The notes beneath the pieces were generated by a model. That model worked only from the letters and a program-made list of their open reading frames with translations, searched no databases and was not told where the DNA came from. From NCBI GenBank assembly GCA_965203055.1, contig OZ241863.1, positions 2,080,001 to 2,144,000 on the forward strand: a stretch of 64,000 nt of DNA. Direction: 5' to 3'. Of this stretch, positions 20,830-31,027 are shown piece after piece. Numbering within the stretch: position 1 is the stretch's first letter; each line of letters begins with the position of its first letter. The stretch is from Spirochaetia bacterium. Lineage in GTDB: Bacteria; Spirochaetota; Spirochaetia; SZUA-6; Bin103. A program made the translations under genes and the position numbers.

Positions 20830-21959
20830 GCGGCGGCGCGCCGATCGGCCGGCGGCGGAAGCGCCAGGATACCGAAGCGTACTACCTGGCATCCAGTTGG
20901 GTGCTGATGAAGCGCAAGTTCCTGCGCCACAAGCTGGCGATTGCCGGCGGCTGCGTGCTGCTGGTGTTCTACGTAACGGGCGCGGCGTTCTCCGGCTTCT
21001 TCTCGACCGCCGACATCGCCCGGCGCCACCCCGACTACGCGCTGGCGCCGCCGCAACGGATCCACTTCTTTCACGACGGAAGGCTGCGCGCGCCGTTCGT
21101 GTACGGTACCGCGGTCAAGGTCAATCCGGAGACCTTTCGGCGCACCTACGTGGAGGAGCGGAGCACGCTTCACCCGCTCCGCTTCTTCACCCGCGGCGAC
21201 CGTTACCGGCTGCTCGGGCTGTGGGACACCACGATCCGCTTCGTGGGGGTGGCGGAGCCCGGTACCCTGTTCCTGTTCGGGACCGACAACCTGGGCCGCG
21301 ACATCTACTCCCGTACCCTGGCCGGCGCCCGCATCTCGCTGACCATCGGCTTGGTGGGGGTGGCGCTGAGCTTCGCCCTCGGCTCGCTGCTCGGAGGGCT
21401 GTCCGGCTACTTCGGCGGCGCCCCGGACATGCTGATCCAGCGGGCGATCGACTTTCTGGTCTCCATACCGACCCTGCCGCTGTGGATGGCGCTCGCGGCC
21501 GCGGTGCCCAGCGACTGGCCCCCGGTGCGCACCTACTTCATGATTACCATCATCCTGTCGGTAGTGGGATGGACCGGGTTGGCGCGGGTAGTGCGCGGCA
21601 AGCTGCTTCAGCTCCGGGTCGAAGACTACGTGCTGGCGGCGAAGATCGCGGGAGCCGGCGAGCTGACCACCATCGTGCGCCACCTGCTGCCGGGGTTCAT
21701 GAGCTACCTGGTGGTGCATCTGACCCTCGCGGTCCCGGCGATGATCCTGGGCGAGACGGCGCTGAGCTTCATCGGCTTCGGTCTGAGGCCGCCGGTCGTC
21801 AGTTGGGGGGTCCTGCTGCAGCAGGCGCAGAACGTCCGTACCCTGGCGGTGAGCCCGTGGCTGCTGATTCCGGCCCTGTTCGTGGTCATCACGGTGCTGT
21901 GCTTCAACTTCCTGGGCGACGGGCTCAGGGATGCAACCGATCCCTACCGCTCAACGTGA
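20826..21959 (+). CDS. Peptide-type ABC permease (OppC-like)
   Basis: ATGA overlap; FGTDNLGRDI, ILGETALSF, LGDGLRDATDPY. Confidence 0.93.
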   Translation: MSGGAPIGRRRKRQDTEAYYLASSWVLMKRKFLRHKLAIAGGCVLLVFYVTGAAFSGFFSTADIARRHPDYALAPPQRIHFFHDGRLRAPFVYGTAVKVNPETFRRTYVEERSTLHPLRFFTRGDRYRLLGLWDTTIRFVGVAEPGTLFLFGTDNLGRDIYSRTLAGARISLTIGLVGVALSFALGSLLGGLSGYFGGAPDMLIQRAIDFLVSIPTLPLWMALAAAVPSDWPPVRTYFMITIILSVVGWTGLARVVRGKLLQLRVEDYVLAAKIAGAGELTTIVRHLLPGFMSYLVVHLTLAVPAMILGETALSFIGFGLRPPVVSWGVLLQQAQNVRTLAVSPWLLIPALFVVITVLCFNFLGDGLRDATDPYRST

Positions 21960-21991
21960 CCGCCGCTGCCTCCGCTGCCGCCCGCGCGCCC

Positions 21992-22019
21992 TTGACAACC
22001 CGGCAACGTCAACTACGGT
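21992..22019 (+). promoter_or_regulatory. Sigma70-type promoter for the second SBP gene
   Basis: TTGACA-16 nt-TACGGT, followed by AAGGAG RBS. Confidence 0.5.
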
Positions 22020-22041
22020 AACTCCCGTCAAGGAGAATGCT

Positions 22042-24081
22042 ATGGACAGACGACTACTGACGGCAGCCGCGGCGCTGGCGCTGATGCCGTGGGCGGCGTT
22101 CGCCGGCGGCAGTGACGAGTCTCCCGCGGCCAGCGCCGCGGAGACCTCGGCGCCGGCGGCCGCGCAGCCAATGCCGGAGGCCGAAGGACTGGTGCCCGGC
22201 ATGGTGAACTTCTACGCCACCGTCACCGAGTACGAGCAGGCCACCGGCAACCGCATCACCGGCTTCCGGGAAGCGCCGCTGCTGGCCGCCCGCGTCGAGG
22301 CCGGCGAGCTGCCGCCGCTTGCGGAGCGCATGCCGGACGACCCGATGGTGATCATTCCCCTCGAGAGCATCGGCTCCTACGGCGGCAGCCTGCGCCATGC
22401 GGCGCTGAGCCCGGTCACCGCCGGCGCGGAGTCGTGGACCGCGCGCACCCAACCGCTGTTGATGGTCCACCCCAGCCTGCAGGCAATCGCCCCGAACGCC
22501 GCCACCGGCTGGGAGTGGAACGACGAGTTCTCGCAGCTCACCGTCTATCTGCGACCGGGTCTGCGCTGGAGCGACGGCGACCCGTTGACGGCCGACGACT
22601 TCACCTTCTGGTACGAGGATTTTCTGGGCAACGAGCTGTTGCTGGCGTCGCTGCCCGCGTCATGGCGCCCGCTCGAACGTCTGGAGCGGATCGATGACTA
22701 CACCGTGCGCTTCGTGTTCAGCAAGCCCTATCCCAGCGTCCTGAACGTGCTCGGCACCGAAGCCCGCCGCTACCATGAAGTGCCGTTCCTGCCCTCCCAT
22801 TTCCTGGCCCGGTTTCACGCCGATCACAACCCGGACGCCGCCGAGCTCGCCAAGTCCGAAGGCTACGAAAGCTGGGCGCAACTGTTCCTCAGCAAGTGGC
22901 CGGTCGACGTGCAGCAGCGCATGGACCCGGCCATTCCCACCATCGACCCCTGGACCATGGTCGAGGTGGACGAACTGGGCAACAAGTTCTTCGAGCGCAA
23001 CCCGTACTACTGGAAGGTGGATCCGGCCGGCAACCAACTGCCCTACATCGACACCCAGGACCGCCTGCTGCACGAAAACCTCGAAGCGGTCACCTCCAAG
23101 ATCATCGCCGGCGAGCTGGACTACGCCCTGCAGTTCACCACGATGGACAACTTCACCCTCTACAAGGAGAACGAGGAGCGCGGCGGGTACCGCACCAAGC
23201 TGTGGTTCGATGGCCGCGGCAACGTGATGCTGGCGATCCGCCCCAACCTCAACCACCGCGATCCGGTGATGCGCGAGCTGTTCCAGGACCTTCGCTTCCG
23301 CGAAGCGCTGTCGCTCGCGCTCGACCGCGACGAAATCAATGAGGTGATCTGGCGCGGGTTGGCGACGCCGCGCGCCGCCACGGTCGATCCGACCGTCAGC
23401 TTCTACGAACCGTGGATGGGCGAGAAGTTCATTGCCTACGACGTGGACCGCGCCAACGCGATTCTGGATGAGCTGGGACTGGCCTGGGACGACCGCCGGG
23501 AGTTCCGCCTGCGGCCGGACGGCGCCGCGCTGACCATCAACATCGACTACTTCCAGTTGGAGGAGAAGATGGAAGTGGGCGTGGAGCTGATCAAGCAGTT
23601 CTGGGAGGAGATCGGCGTCAAGGTGCCGACGCGCGCGGTGGACGGTCCGCTGGTCGGCCAGCGCCGCGCCGCCGGCGAGCTGGACGTCTGGGTGTGGAAC
23701 TTCGATCAGACCACCGAGATCGGCTTTCACGGGCGGCCCACCTTTCACATGCCGCCGCTGGAGAACGCCGTGGATTGGAACGCCTGGTTCAGTTCCGGCG
23801 GGCAACAGGGCGCTGAGCCGCCGGCCGAAGTGGTGCGCTGGATGGAGCTGGCCGCGGAGTTTCAGCAGTACCCGATGGGCCACGCCCGCTACACCGAGAT
23901 CGGCCGCGAGCTGCTCACGGTGGCGGCCAACAACCTGTGGGACATAGGCATTGCCGGCATCACGCCGAAGCCGATGACGGTCAAGGCCAACCTGCGCAAC
24001 GTGAAGGGCGAAGGCGGCCTGTTCATCTATTCCTACCGGTTCTGGATGATCTATCACCCGGAGCAGTGGTACTACGAGTGA
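22042..24081 (+). CDS. Family 5 ABC substrate-binding protein (paralogue of 17670-19661)
   Basis: Signal peptide ending FAGGSDE, EAPLLAARVEAGELPPLAERMP, RNPYYWKVDPAGNQLPYID. Confidence 0.92.
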   Translation: MDRRLLTAAAALALMPWAAFAGGSDESPAASAAETSAPAAAQPMPEAEGLVPGMVNFYATVTEYEQATGNRITGFREAPLLAARVEAGELPPLAERMPDDPMVIIPLESIGSYGGSLRHAALSPVTAGAESWTARTQPLLMVHPSLQAIAPNAATGWEWNDEFSQLTVYLRPGLRWSDGDPLTADDFTFWYEDFLGNELLLASLPASWRPLERLERIDDYTVRFVFSKPYPSVLNVLGTEARRYHEVPFLPSHFLARFHADHNPDAAELAKSEGYESWAQLFLSKWPVDVQQRMDPAIPTIDPWTMVEVDELGNKFFERNPYYWKVDPAGNQLPYIDTQDRLLHENLEAVTSKIIAGELDYALQFTTMDNFTLYKENEERGGYRTKLWFDGRGNVMLAIRPNLNHRDPVMRELFQDLRFREALSLALDRDEINEVIWRGLATPRAATVDPTVSFYEPWMGEKFIAYDVDRANAILDELGLAWDDRREFRLRPDGAALTINIDYFQLEEKMEVGVELIKQFWEEIGVKVPTRAVDGPLVGQRRAAGELDVWVWNFDQTTEIGFHGRPTFHMPPLENAVDWNAWFSSGGQQGAEPPAEVVRWMELAAEFQQYPMGHARYTEIGRELLTVAANNLWDIGIAGITPKPMTVKANLRNVKGEGGLFIYSYRFWMIYHPEQWYYE

Positions 24082-24185
24082 GGCTGCCGCGCCGGAGGCC
24101 GCCGGCGGCGTGACCAGGCGGCCGCGGCGCTCGCGGCCACCGCGGCGGCGCCCGGCCGCGACGGTCCTGCGGCGATGATCCCGCC

Positions 24186-25169
24186 ATGCTGAGGTTCGCC
24201 GTTCGCCGCCTGCTCTACATGTTCATCCTGGTCGCCGCGGTGGCGGTGCTGGGGTTCGTGGTGATCCAGCTCCCGCCCGGCGACTGGCTCAGCACCTACA
24301 TCCTGCAGGTGGAGATGAGCGGCGACCGCGTCGACCAGGAACAGGTCGAGACCCTCAAGCGGATGTACGGCCTGGACCGTTCGCTGATCGACCAGTTCCT
24401 GCACTGGGTGTGGGGCATGCTGCGCGGCAACTTCGGCTATTCCTTCTTCTGGAACCGTCCGGTGGCCGATCTGGTCACCGAGCGCCTGGGGTTCACCCTG
24501 CTGATCAGCGGCTCCACCATCATCTTCAGCTACGTCATGGCGGTCGCCATCGGCGTGTACTCGGCGACCCGGCAGTACGGCATCGGCGACTACGCGGCCA
24601 CGGTGCTGGGATTTCTGGGCCTGTCGACGCCCCCGTTTCTGGTGGCGCTGGTCCTGGTCTGGTTCTTCCTCGTCCTGTTCGACGTCAACGTGGTGGGACT
24701 GTTCTCGCCCGACTATCTCAACGCCGACTGGTCCTTTGCCCGGGTGCTCGATCTGTTGAAGCACCTGCCGGTGCCGGTACTGGTGATCGGGCTGGGCGGC
24801 ATCGCCGGGTTGCAGCGGATCATGCGCGCCACGCTGCTCGATGAGCTGCGCCGGCAGTACGTCATCACGGCGCGGGCCAAGGGGGTGCAAGAGACCACGC
24901 TGCTGTTCAAGTATCCGGTGCGCGTGGCGATCAATCCGATCATCAGCACCGTGGCCTGGGTCTTTCCCGAGCTGGTGTCGGGCGGCGCCATCGTCGCCGT
25001 GGTGCTCAATCTGCCAACCATGGGACCGCTGCTGCTGTCGTCGCTGCGCGGACAGGACATGTTCCTGGCCGGCGCCATCATGACCCTGCTGAGCGTGATG
25101 ACGGTGGTGGGGTTCTTCCTCTCCGACCTGCTGCTGATGGTGATCGACCCGCGCATCCGCATGGAGTAG
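24186..25169 (+). CDS. Peptide-type ABC permease (OppB-like)
   Basis: IQLPPGDW, QYVITARAKG, DPRIRME. Confidence 0.93.
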   Translation: MLRFAVRRLLYMFILVAAVAVLGFVVIQLPPGDWLSTYILQVEMSGDRVDQEQVETLKRMYGLDRSLIDQFLHWVWGMLRGNFGYSFFWNRPVADLVTERLGFTLLISGSTIIFSYVMAVAIGVYSATRQYGIGDYAATVLGFLGLSTPPFLVALVLVWFFLVLFDVNVVGLFSPDYLNADWSFARVLDLLKHLPVPVLVIGLGGIAGLQRIMRATLLDELRRQYVITARAKGVQETTLLFKYPVRVAINPIISTVAWVFPELVSGGAIVAVVLNLPTMGPLLLSSLRGQDMFLAGAIMTLLSVMTVVGFFLSDLLLMVIDPRIRME

Positions 25170-25180
25170 GACGCGCACCG

Positions 25181-26290
25181 ATGGCCCGCGCCGCGCCAGC
25201 CCCGGACGCCGAACGCTACGAGCTGGCCTCGCAGTGGCAGCTCATGCGCCGCAGCTTTCGCCGCCATCGCGCCGCCCTGGTCGGCATGGTGGTGCTGGCG
25301 TTGTTCTATGCGGCGGCGCTGTTCGCCGAGTTCATCGCCCCGCATGACCCCAACCAGCGCAACTCCGGCTTCATCGAGGCGCGCCCGCAACGGGTACGCA
25401 TCTTCCATCAAGGCCGTCTGGTGCGCCCGTTCGTCTACCCCCTGGTCAAGTCGGTGGACCTGGAAACGCTGGCGCGCATCTACACCGACGACGAGGGCCG
25501 GCGGCTGCCCCTGCGGTGGTTCGCGCCCGGCGACGAGTACCGGCTGTGGAACGTGATTCCGGCGCGCCGGCACCTGTTCGGCGCCGGCGAAGGCGAACGT
25601 CTGTTCCTGTTCGGCACCGACAAGCTCGGCCGCGACCTGCTGTCGCGGGTGATCTACGCCACCCGCGTGTCGTTGTCGATCGGGCTGCTGGGGGTGGCGG
25701 TGAGCTTCGTGCTGGGGTCGCTGTGCGGCGGGCTGTCCGGCTACCTGGGCGGGCGCACCGACGTGATCATCCAGCGGATCATCGAGTTCCTGTTGGCGAT
25801 TCCCAAGATCCCGCTGTGGATGGCGCTCGCCGCGGCGCTGCCGCCGGGCTGGGACCCGGTAAAGCTGTACTTCGGCATGACGCTGATCCTGTCCCTGGTA
25901 GGGTGGACCCAGATCGCCCGGGTGGTGCGCGGCAAGATCATCAGCCTGCGGGAGGAAGACTACGTGGCCGCGGCCCGCATCGCCGGCGCGCGCACCGGCG
26001 CCATACTGCTGCGCCACCTGCTGCCCGGCTTCCTGAGCTACCTGATCGTGAGCCTGACGCTGGCGGTGCCGCAGATGATCCTCGCCGAGACCTCCCTGAG
26101 CTTTCTGGGACTGGGCCTGCAGCCGCCGGCGATAAGCTGGGGAGTGCTGCTGCAGGACGCGCAGGCGATCCGCTCCATCGCCCTGCAGCCCTGGCTGCTG
26201 ATCCCGGGGCTGTTCGTGGTGGCCGCCGTGCTCTCCTTCAACTTCGTAGGCGACGGCCTGCGCGACGCCTCCGACCCCTACTCCCAATAA
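25181..26290 (+). CDS. Peptide-type ABC permease (OppC-like)
   Basis: FGTDKLGRDLL, ILAETSLSF, GDGLRDASDPY. Confidence 0.93.
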   Translation: MARAAPAPDAERYELASQWQLMRRSFRRHRAALVGMVVLALFYAAALFAEFIAPHDPNQRNSGFIEARPQRVRIFHQGRLVRPFVYPLVKSVDLETLARIYTDDEGRRLPLRWFAPGDEYRLWNVIPARRHLFGAGEGERLFLFGTDKLGRDLLSRVIYATRVSLSIGLLGVAVSFVLGSLCGGLSGYLGGRTDVIIQRIIEFLLAIPKIPLWMALAAALPPGWDPVKLYFGMTLILSLVGWTQIARVVRGKIISLREEDYVAAARIAGARTGAILLRHLLPGFLSYLIVSLTLAVPQMILAETSLSFLGLGLQPPAISWGVLLQDAQAIRSIALQPWLLIPGLFVVAAVLSFNFVGDGLRDASDPYSQ

Positions 26291-26349
26291 CCCGGCGCCG
26301 CGCGTCTGGTGCTTGACAGCGGCGCCGGCTTGTGGCACGAGACGGGGGG

Positions 26350-27264
26350 ATGCAGAGACCTGACGTTGCCGCGGTGACCGGCGGCCTCGAGGCGGCGAAG
26401 GCGCACCTGGACGAGCACGGCTACTGCGTGGTGGAAGGCGCGATCAGCAGCGCGGCTGCGGCCGCGCTCCGCAAGCGGCTCACCGAGCAGGCCGAAGCGG
26501 AGGCTCAACTCGGCGCGGCCAGCGTGCTCCCGGACAAGAAGCAGCTCATCTACTTTCTCCTGAACAAGGGGCAGGGATTCCGCGACCTGTTGTTCCATCC
26601 GACCATGCGCCAGCTCGTCGGGCACGTCATCGGGCCGCGCTACCTGCTGTCGTCCTACAACGGGCACATCGCCCTTCCCGGCGGTACGACTCGATTCCAC
26701 ACCGATCAGTGGTGGATGCCGCCGCCGACCACCTCCGCCCGGCGCACGCTGCTGCGGCCGGGAGAGATCGCCCGCGACGACCATCGCGGCCACTACCGGC
26801 TCGGCGCGGAGGGCAGCGCTCCGGCAGCCATCGCGCCGGCCTGCGTCTGCAACGTGATGTGGACCGTCGATGACTTCACGGCCGAGAACGGCGCCACCAT
26901 CGTGGTGCCGGGCAGCCACCTGTTCGGGCGCGAGCCCGACCACGAGCTGGACGCGGACGCCGGCTGGAAGCCCGCGGAGGCGCCGGCGGGAAGCTTCATC
27001 GTGCTCGACGGCCGCGTGTGGCACTCGACCGGCGAGAACCGGACCGACCGCGCGCGCATCGGCCTGACCACCAATTTCTGCGCCTGGCAGTTCCGCCAGC
27101 AGGAGAACCTCGCCATGGGGGTCTCCCCCGAAGTCCTGGCGAACGCCTCGACCGAGCTGCTCGATCTGATCGGCTTCCGGCCGACGTTCGGCTACGGGGG
27201 CATCGAGGCGCGGGAGCGCATCGCGCGCGGCCAGTACGCGCTGGGCGAGATGAAGCCCTCGTAG
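26350..27264 (+). CDS. PhyH family dioxygenase (paralogue of 9357-10346)
   Basis: FHTDQWWMPPP, NGATIVVPGSH, VWHSTGEN, FRQQEN. Confidence 0.9.
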   Translation: MQRPDVAAVTGGLEAAKAHLDEHGYCVVEGAISSAAAAALRKRLTEQAEAEAQLGAASVLPDKKQLIYFLLNKGQGFRDLLFHPTMRQLVGHVIGPRYLLSSYNGHIALPGGTTRFHTDQWWMPPPTTSARRTLLRPGEIARDDHRGHYRLGAEGSAPAAIAPACVCNVMWTVDDFTAENGATIVVPGSHLFGREPDHELDADAGWKPAEAPAGSFIVLDGRVWHSTGENRTDRARIGLTTNFCAWQFRQQENLAMGVSPEVLANASTELLDLIGFRPTFGYGGIEARERIARGQYALGEMKPS

Positions 27265-27295
27265 CGTGCAGTCGGAGCACGACAGGAGGATGAAG

Positions 27296-28075
27296 ATGGT
27301 CGACACGGCAACTCCCGCCGGTCTGAAAGATCTGGTGCGAGACGGGTTCGTTCTGGTACCCGGCGCCCTCGATTCCGAAACGGTGGCGGTGTGGAAACGC
27401 ACCCTCTACGACCTGCACCGCCGCGGCCTGAACGAGATCGACAACAGCGTCGGCAACGTGGCCTTCGAGAGTCTGCTGCGGCTGGAGCCGGAGCTGTCGC
27501 GGGGCCTGATCGGCCACGCCAGCACGGCGCCCTATCTCAAGGCGATGCTTGGCCGGCAATGCCAGCTCCGGTCGTTGCGCGCGCACCTCAACCCGCGCGC
27601 CTACCGCCAGGAGTGGCACATGGACTTCGCCGACTACCACTACCAGGAGCGCAACGCCGAGGCCGAGCGGCCGCTGCGCGCCCTGTGCATGAACACAACC
27701 TTCTATCTTACGGACAACACGCCCGAGCGGGGCCGGCTGACGTTCCTGACGAACTACGTCGACCGCCGGCTGCCGGAGGAACTGTTGCCGCACATCCACT
27801 ACACCGACGACCGCAGCAACCCGTTCCAGGCGTGGTGCGACGCGCAGCCGCAGGAGCATCTCTATCCGCGCGCCGGCGACGCCATCGTGTTCCTCGCCCA
27901 CGTCCCGCACCAGGGGGTCAAGTTCGGCGACGACCCGGAAGACGACATCCGCGCCAACTTGGTGCTGCACTACCAGCAGAACCCGATGTATCCGGGCATC
28001 AAATTCGTCAGCACGCCCGACTTCACGCTGCACGCGCTCGGCTACGCCGGCACCTTCCCCTTCGCAACGGAGTAA
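27296..28075 (+). CDS. PhyH-like 2OG/Fe dioxygenase
   Basis: AGGAGG RBS; RDGFVLV, WHMD (HxD), AGDAIVF...HQG. Confidence 0.75.
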   Translation: MVDTATPAGLKDLVRDGFVLVPGALDSETVAVWKRTLYDLHRRGLNEIDNSVGNVAFESLLRLEPELSRGLIGHASTAPYLKAMLGRQCQLRSLRAHLNPRAYRQEWHMDFADYHYQERNAEAERPLRALCMNTTFYLTDNTPERGRLTFLTNYVDRRLPEELLPHIHYTDDRSNPFQAWCDAQPQEHLYPRAGDAIVFLAHVPHQGVKFGDDPEDDIRANLVLHYQQNPMYPGIKFVSTPDFTLHALGYAGTFPFATE

Positions 28076-28149
28076 TCAGGGTTCCTCGCCCATGCCGGGC
28101 CAGAGTCCGCCGCGAGGCAGGCAGGCGGCTGGCAGGCAGCGCCCGCCGG

Positions 28150-28178
28150 TTGACCGACCGACCGCGCCGCCGTAGCGT
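28150..28178 (+). promoter_or_regulatory. Sigma70-type promoter, probably leaderless, for the YfiT-like gene
   Basis: TTGACC-17 nt-TAGCGT, 6 nt before ATG 28185, no SD. Confidence 0.5.
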
Positions 28179-28184
28179 GAGAGC

Positions 28185-28751
28185 ATGCAAGGCCAGTCAC
28201 CTGCCGCCGATGGGAATCACGATAGCGAAGAAGGGCTCCGGTACCCGATCGGTCGGTTTCGCGAGGACCCGCAGCCGACCCCGGAGAAGCGCGAGCGTTG
28301 GATCGACAGCATCGCTGCCCTGCCGGGCGAGGTGCGGACGCTGGTGCAGGGTCTCGCCGACCGGCAGCTCGACACTCCATACCGTCCCGGCGGCTGGACG
28401 GTGCGGCAGGTGGTGCACCATCTGGCCGACAGCCACCTGAATGCCTACTGCCGTACCAAGTTGGCCCTGACCGAAGAGGTACCGACCATCAAGCCCTACG
28501 ACCAGGTAGCGTGGGCGACGCTGCCCGATACCCGCTCGGCGCCGCCGGAGGCGTCGCTGGACCTGCTGCAGGGGCTGCACACGCGTTGGGTAGCGGTGTT
28601 GCGGACCCTGGACGAGACGGCGTTGCAGCGGAAGCTGCACCATCCGGAAGATGGCATGCTCACCGTCAGCCGAATCATCCAGAGCTACGCGTGGCACGGT
28701 CGCCACCACCACGCGCACATCGCCAACCTGCGCTCCCGCAAGGGGTGGTGA
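28185..28751 (+). CDS. yfiT: YfiT/BstA-like DinB-superfamily thiol transferase
   Basis: LRYPIGRF, LDTPYRPGGWTVRQVVHHLADSH, PTIKPYD, YAWHGRHHHAHI. Confidence 0.85.
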   Translation: MQGQSPAADGNHDSEEGLRYPIGRFREDPQPTPEKRERWIDSIAALPGEVRTLVQGLADRQLDTPYRPGGWTVRQVVHHLADSHLNAYCRTKLALTEEVPTIKPYDQVAWATLPDTRSAPPEASLDLLQGLHTRWVAVLRTLDETALQRKLHHPEDGMLTVSRIIQSYAWHGRHHHAHIANLRSRKGW

Positions 28752-28826
28752 CGGGGCCTCACCTCGCATGGACTCCGCACCGGAGGCGCGCCCAGGGGCG
28801 ATGAGCAGTCCCGGGGAGGATTGTCA

Positions 28827-30362
28827 ATGAACGAACCGGCCCTCATTCCGCGACCGATGGCGGTGGAACCCGGTTCCGGGAGCCTGCCGGTGAGCGATCG
28901 TACCGCGGTCCTGGCGGATGCGGCGAGCCGCACCGCCGCGGCGCTGCTCGCCGGGCTGCTGCCGCCGGCAGGCGGCGGGCCGCGGCCGGTGGGATCAGCC
29001 CGGCCGCAGCCCGCCCCCAACACCATCACCGTGGTCACTGACGGCGCTCGCGCCGACCTCGGCGACGAAGGCTACGAACTGGCGATCACGCCGCAGTATG
29101 CCATCGTGACCGGCCGCGAGCCGCGCGGTGTGGCGTGGGGCGTCCAGACGGTGCGCCAGTTGCTCGCCCCCGGCGCGGCTCAGGTCACCACCCTGCCGGC
29201 GTTGACCATCCGCGACCGCCCGCGCTTCGCGTGGCGCGGGCTGCACCTCGACGTGGCGCGCCACTTCTTTCCCGTTGCGTTCATCGAGCGGCTTCTCGAT
29301 CTGATGGCGCTCTACAAGCTCAACACCTTCCACTGGCACCTGACCGACGACCAGGGCTGGCGGCTGGAAGTCCGCTCCCGGCCGCGGCTGACGGAGATCG
29401 GCTCCCGGCGCGCCGCCACTCCCCTGCCCCACGACCGCAACCAATCGGACGGCACGCCGTATCACGGCCATTACTCGCAGGAGGAGGTGCGGCAGGTGGT
29501 GGCCTACGCGGCCGCGCGCGGCATCACGGTAGTGCCCGAAGTCGAGCTGCCCGGCCACTCCCTGGCGGCCCTGGCCAGCTACCCGGATCTCGGCTGCCGC
29601 GGCGCCGGCTACGAGACGGCGGTGAGTTGGGGGATCAAGCGCGACGTGCTATGCGCCGGGCGCGAGTCCACCTTCACCTTCCTGGAGGAGGTGCTGAGCG
29701 AGGTACTGGAGCTGTTCCCCGCCCGCTTCATCCACGTCGGCGGCGACGAGTGCCCCAAGCAGTGCTGGCGCGAGTGCCGGCACTGCCGGGCGCGCCGCGC
29801 GGCCGAGGGGCTGCGCGACGAAGACGAACTGCAGAGCTGGTTCATCCGCCGCATCGGCGCGTGGCTGGCGGCGCGCGGGAGGCGCCTGGTCGGCTGGGAT
29901 GAAATCCTGGAGGGAGGCTTGGCGCCCGGGGCGACGGTCATGAGCTGGCGCGGAATCGACGGCGGAGTGGCCGCAGCCGCCGCCGGCCACGACGTGGTGA
30001 TGACGCCCAACACCCACTGCTACTTCGACTACTATCAGTCGCGCGACGCCGCGGCCGAACCGCCGGCCATCGGCGGCTTCCTGCCGCTGGAGCAGGTCTA
30101 CGACTTCGATCCCGTTCCCCGCGCCATCGGCAGCGCCCGCGCCCGCCACGTGCTGGGCGTCCAGGGCAACATCTGGACCGAGTACATCCCCACCCCGACG
30201 CAGGTCGAATACATGGCGTTTCCCCGCGCCCTGGCGCTGGCGGAAGTAGGCTGGACCCCGGCGCCGCGCCGCTCGGCCGCCCACTTCCGGGACCGCCTGC
30301 AGCGGCACCGCCCCATGCTCGACCACCTCGGCGTCCGCTACCGGCCCTGGCAAGATCCTTGA
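28827..30362 (+). CDS. Beta-N-acetylhexosaminidase, GH20
   Basis: DRPRFAWRGLHLDVARHFF, HWHLTDDQGWR, catalytic HVGGDE, GNIWTEY. Confidence 0.95.
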   Translation: MNEPALIPRPMAVEPGSGSLPVSDRTAVLADAASRTAAALLAGLLPPAGGGPRPVGSARPQPAPNTITVVTDGARADLGDEGYELAITPQYAIVTGREPRGVAWGVQTVRQLLAPGAAQVTTLPALTIRDRPRFAWRGLHLDVARHFFPVAFIERLLDLMALYKLNTFHWHLTDDQGWRLEVRSRPRLTEIGSRRAATPLPHDRNQSDGTPYHGHYSQEEVRQVVAYAAARGITVVPEVELPGHSLAALASYPDLGCRGAGYETAVSWGIKRDVLCAGRESTFTFLEEVLSEVLELFPARFIHVGGDECPKQCWRECRHCRARRAAEGLRDEDELQSWFIRRIGAWLAARGRRLVGWDEILEGGLAPGATVMSWRGIDGGVAAAAAGHDVVMTPNTHCYFDYYQSRDAAAEPPAIGGFLPLEQVYDFDPVPRAIGSARARHVLGVQGNIWTEYIPTPTQVEYMAFPRALALAEVGWTPAPRRSAAHFRDRLQRHRPMLDHLGVRYRPWQDP

Positions 30363-30394
30363 CCAGGGAGGCGGCAAAGCCCAACACGGCCACG

Positions 30395-30742
30395 CTATGG
30401 GCGATTGTCGGCGTCACGGCGCAGGCTTTCGATGTTCGCGCCGTTCCCTCTCACATCGATCGCAACCTCTCCGATCTTCTCGTTCAGGGTGTCGATCTTC
30501 CCGCGGTTCTCTCTCATGTCGATGCGAGTCTCGTCAATCTTCTCGTTTATGCTCGTAACGGTCGCGCTAAGGGTGTCGATCTTCCCGGACAACCTCTCGC
30601 CAAGGGTGTTGATGTTCCCGACGATCCCATCGTGAGCTGCCTTTGCTTCCGCGCGGATGGCCTTACCTTGCATCATCACCATTGGCACCAATACGCCAAG
30701 GATGGCGGCTACGGCAACAGCACCGGCAATCCAAGTCTCCAT
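30395..30742 (-). CDS. Small membrane-anchored coiled-coil hypothetical protein
   Basis: AGGAGG RBS, N-terminal hydrophobic helix, repeated GKIDTL/NEKI segments, lower GC. Confidence 0.7.
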   Translation of the reverse strand: METWIAGAVAVAAILGVLVPMVMMQGKAIRAEAKAAHDGIVGNINTLGERLSGKIDTLSATVTSINEKIDETRIDMRENRGKIDTLNEKIGEVAIDVRGNGANIESLRRDADNRP

Positions 30743-31027
30743 CGGTCCACCTCCTACAGCGGGCCGGGGGCGGCCAATCTGTGGCCGCTTGATTCATGGA
30801 GCCGAGCATACCACGCGGCGCAGCAGGACGACAACGTGCCAGACTGCAGGCCAGACGCTCGCCAAGGCGCACGCTGGCGTCACCCGGTCCCACAAAATCA
30901 CCACCGGGCGCCGTCCCGCCAGTGTAGAGAGCTTCTCGGTCGATTCTGCACGCAACGGGGCCGGAGCGGTCTGCGGGCGGGCATGGTCGCCGCCGGGGGC
31001 GCAATACTCGCGCCGCGTCGCCGCGGC

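Noticed and set aside
30745..31025. Intergenic stretch inspected for an ncRNA or riboswitch
   Set aside because: No recognisable conserved motif or strong hairpin by eye; an Rfam scan would be needed
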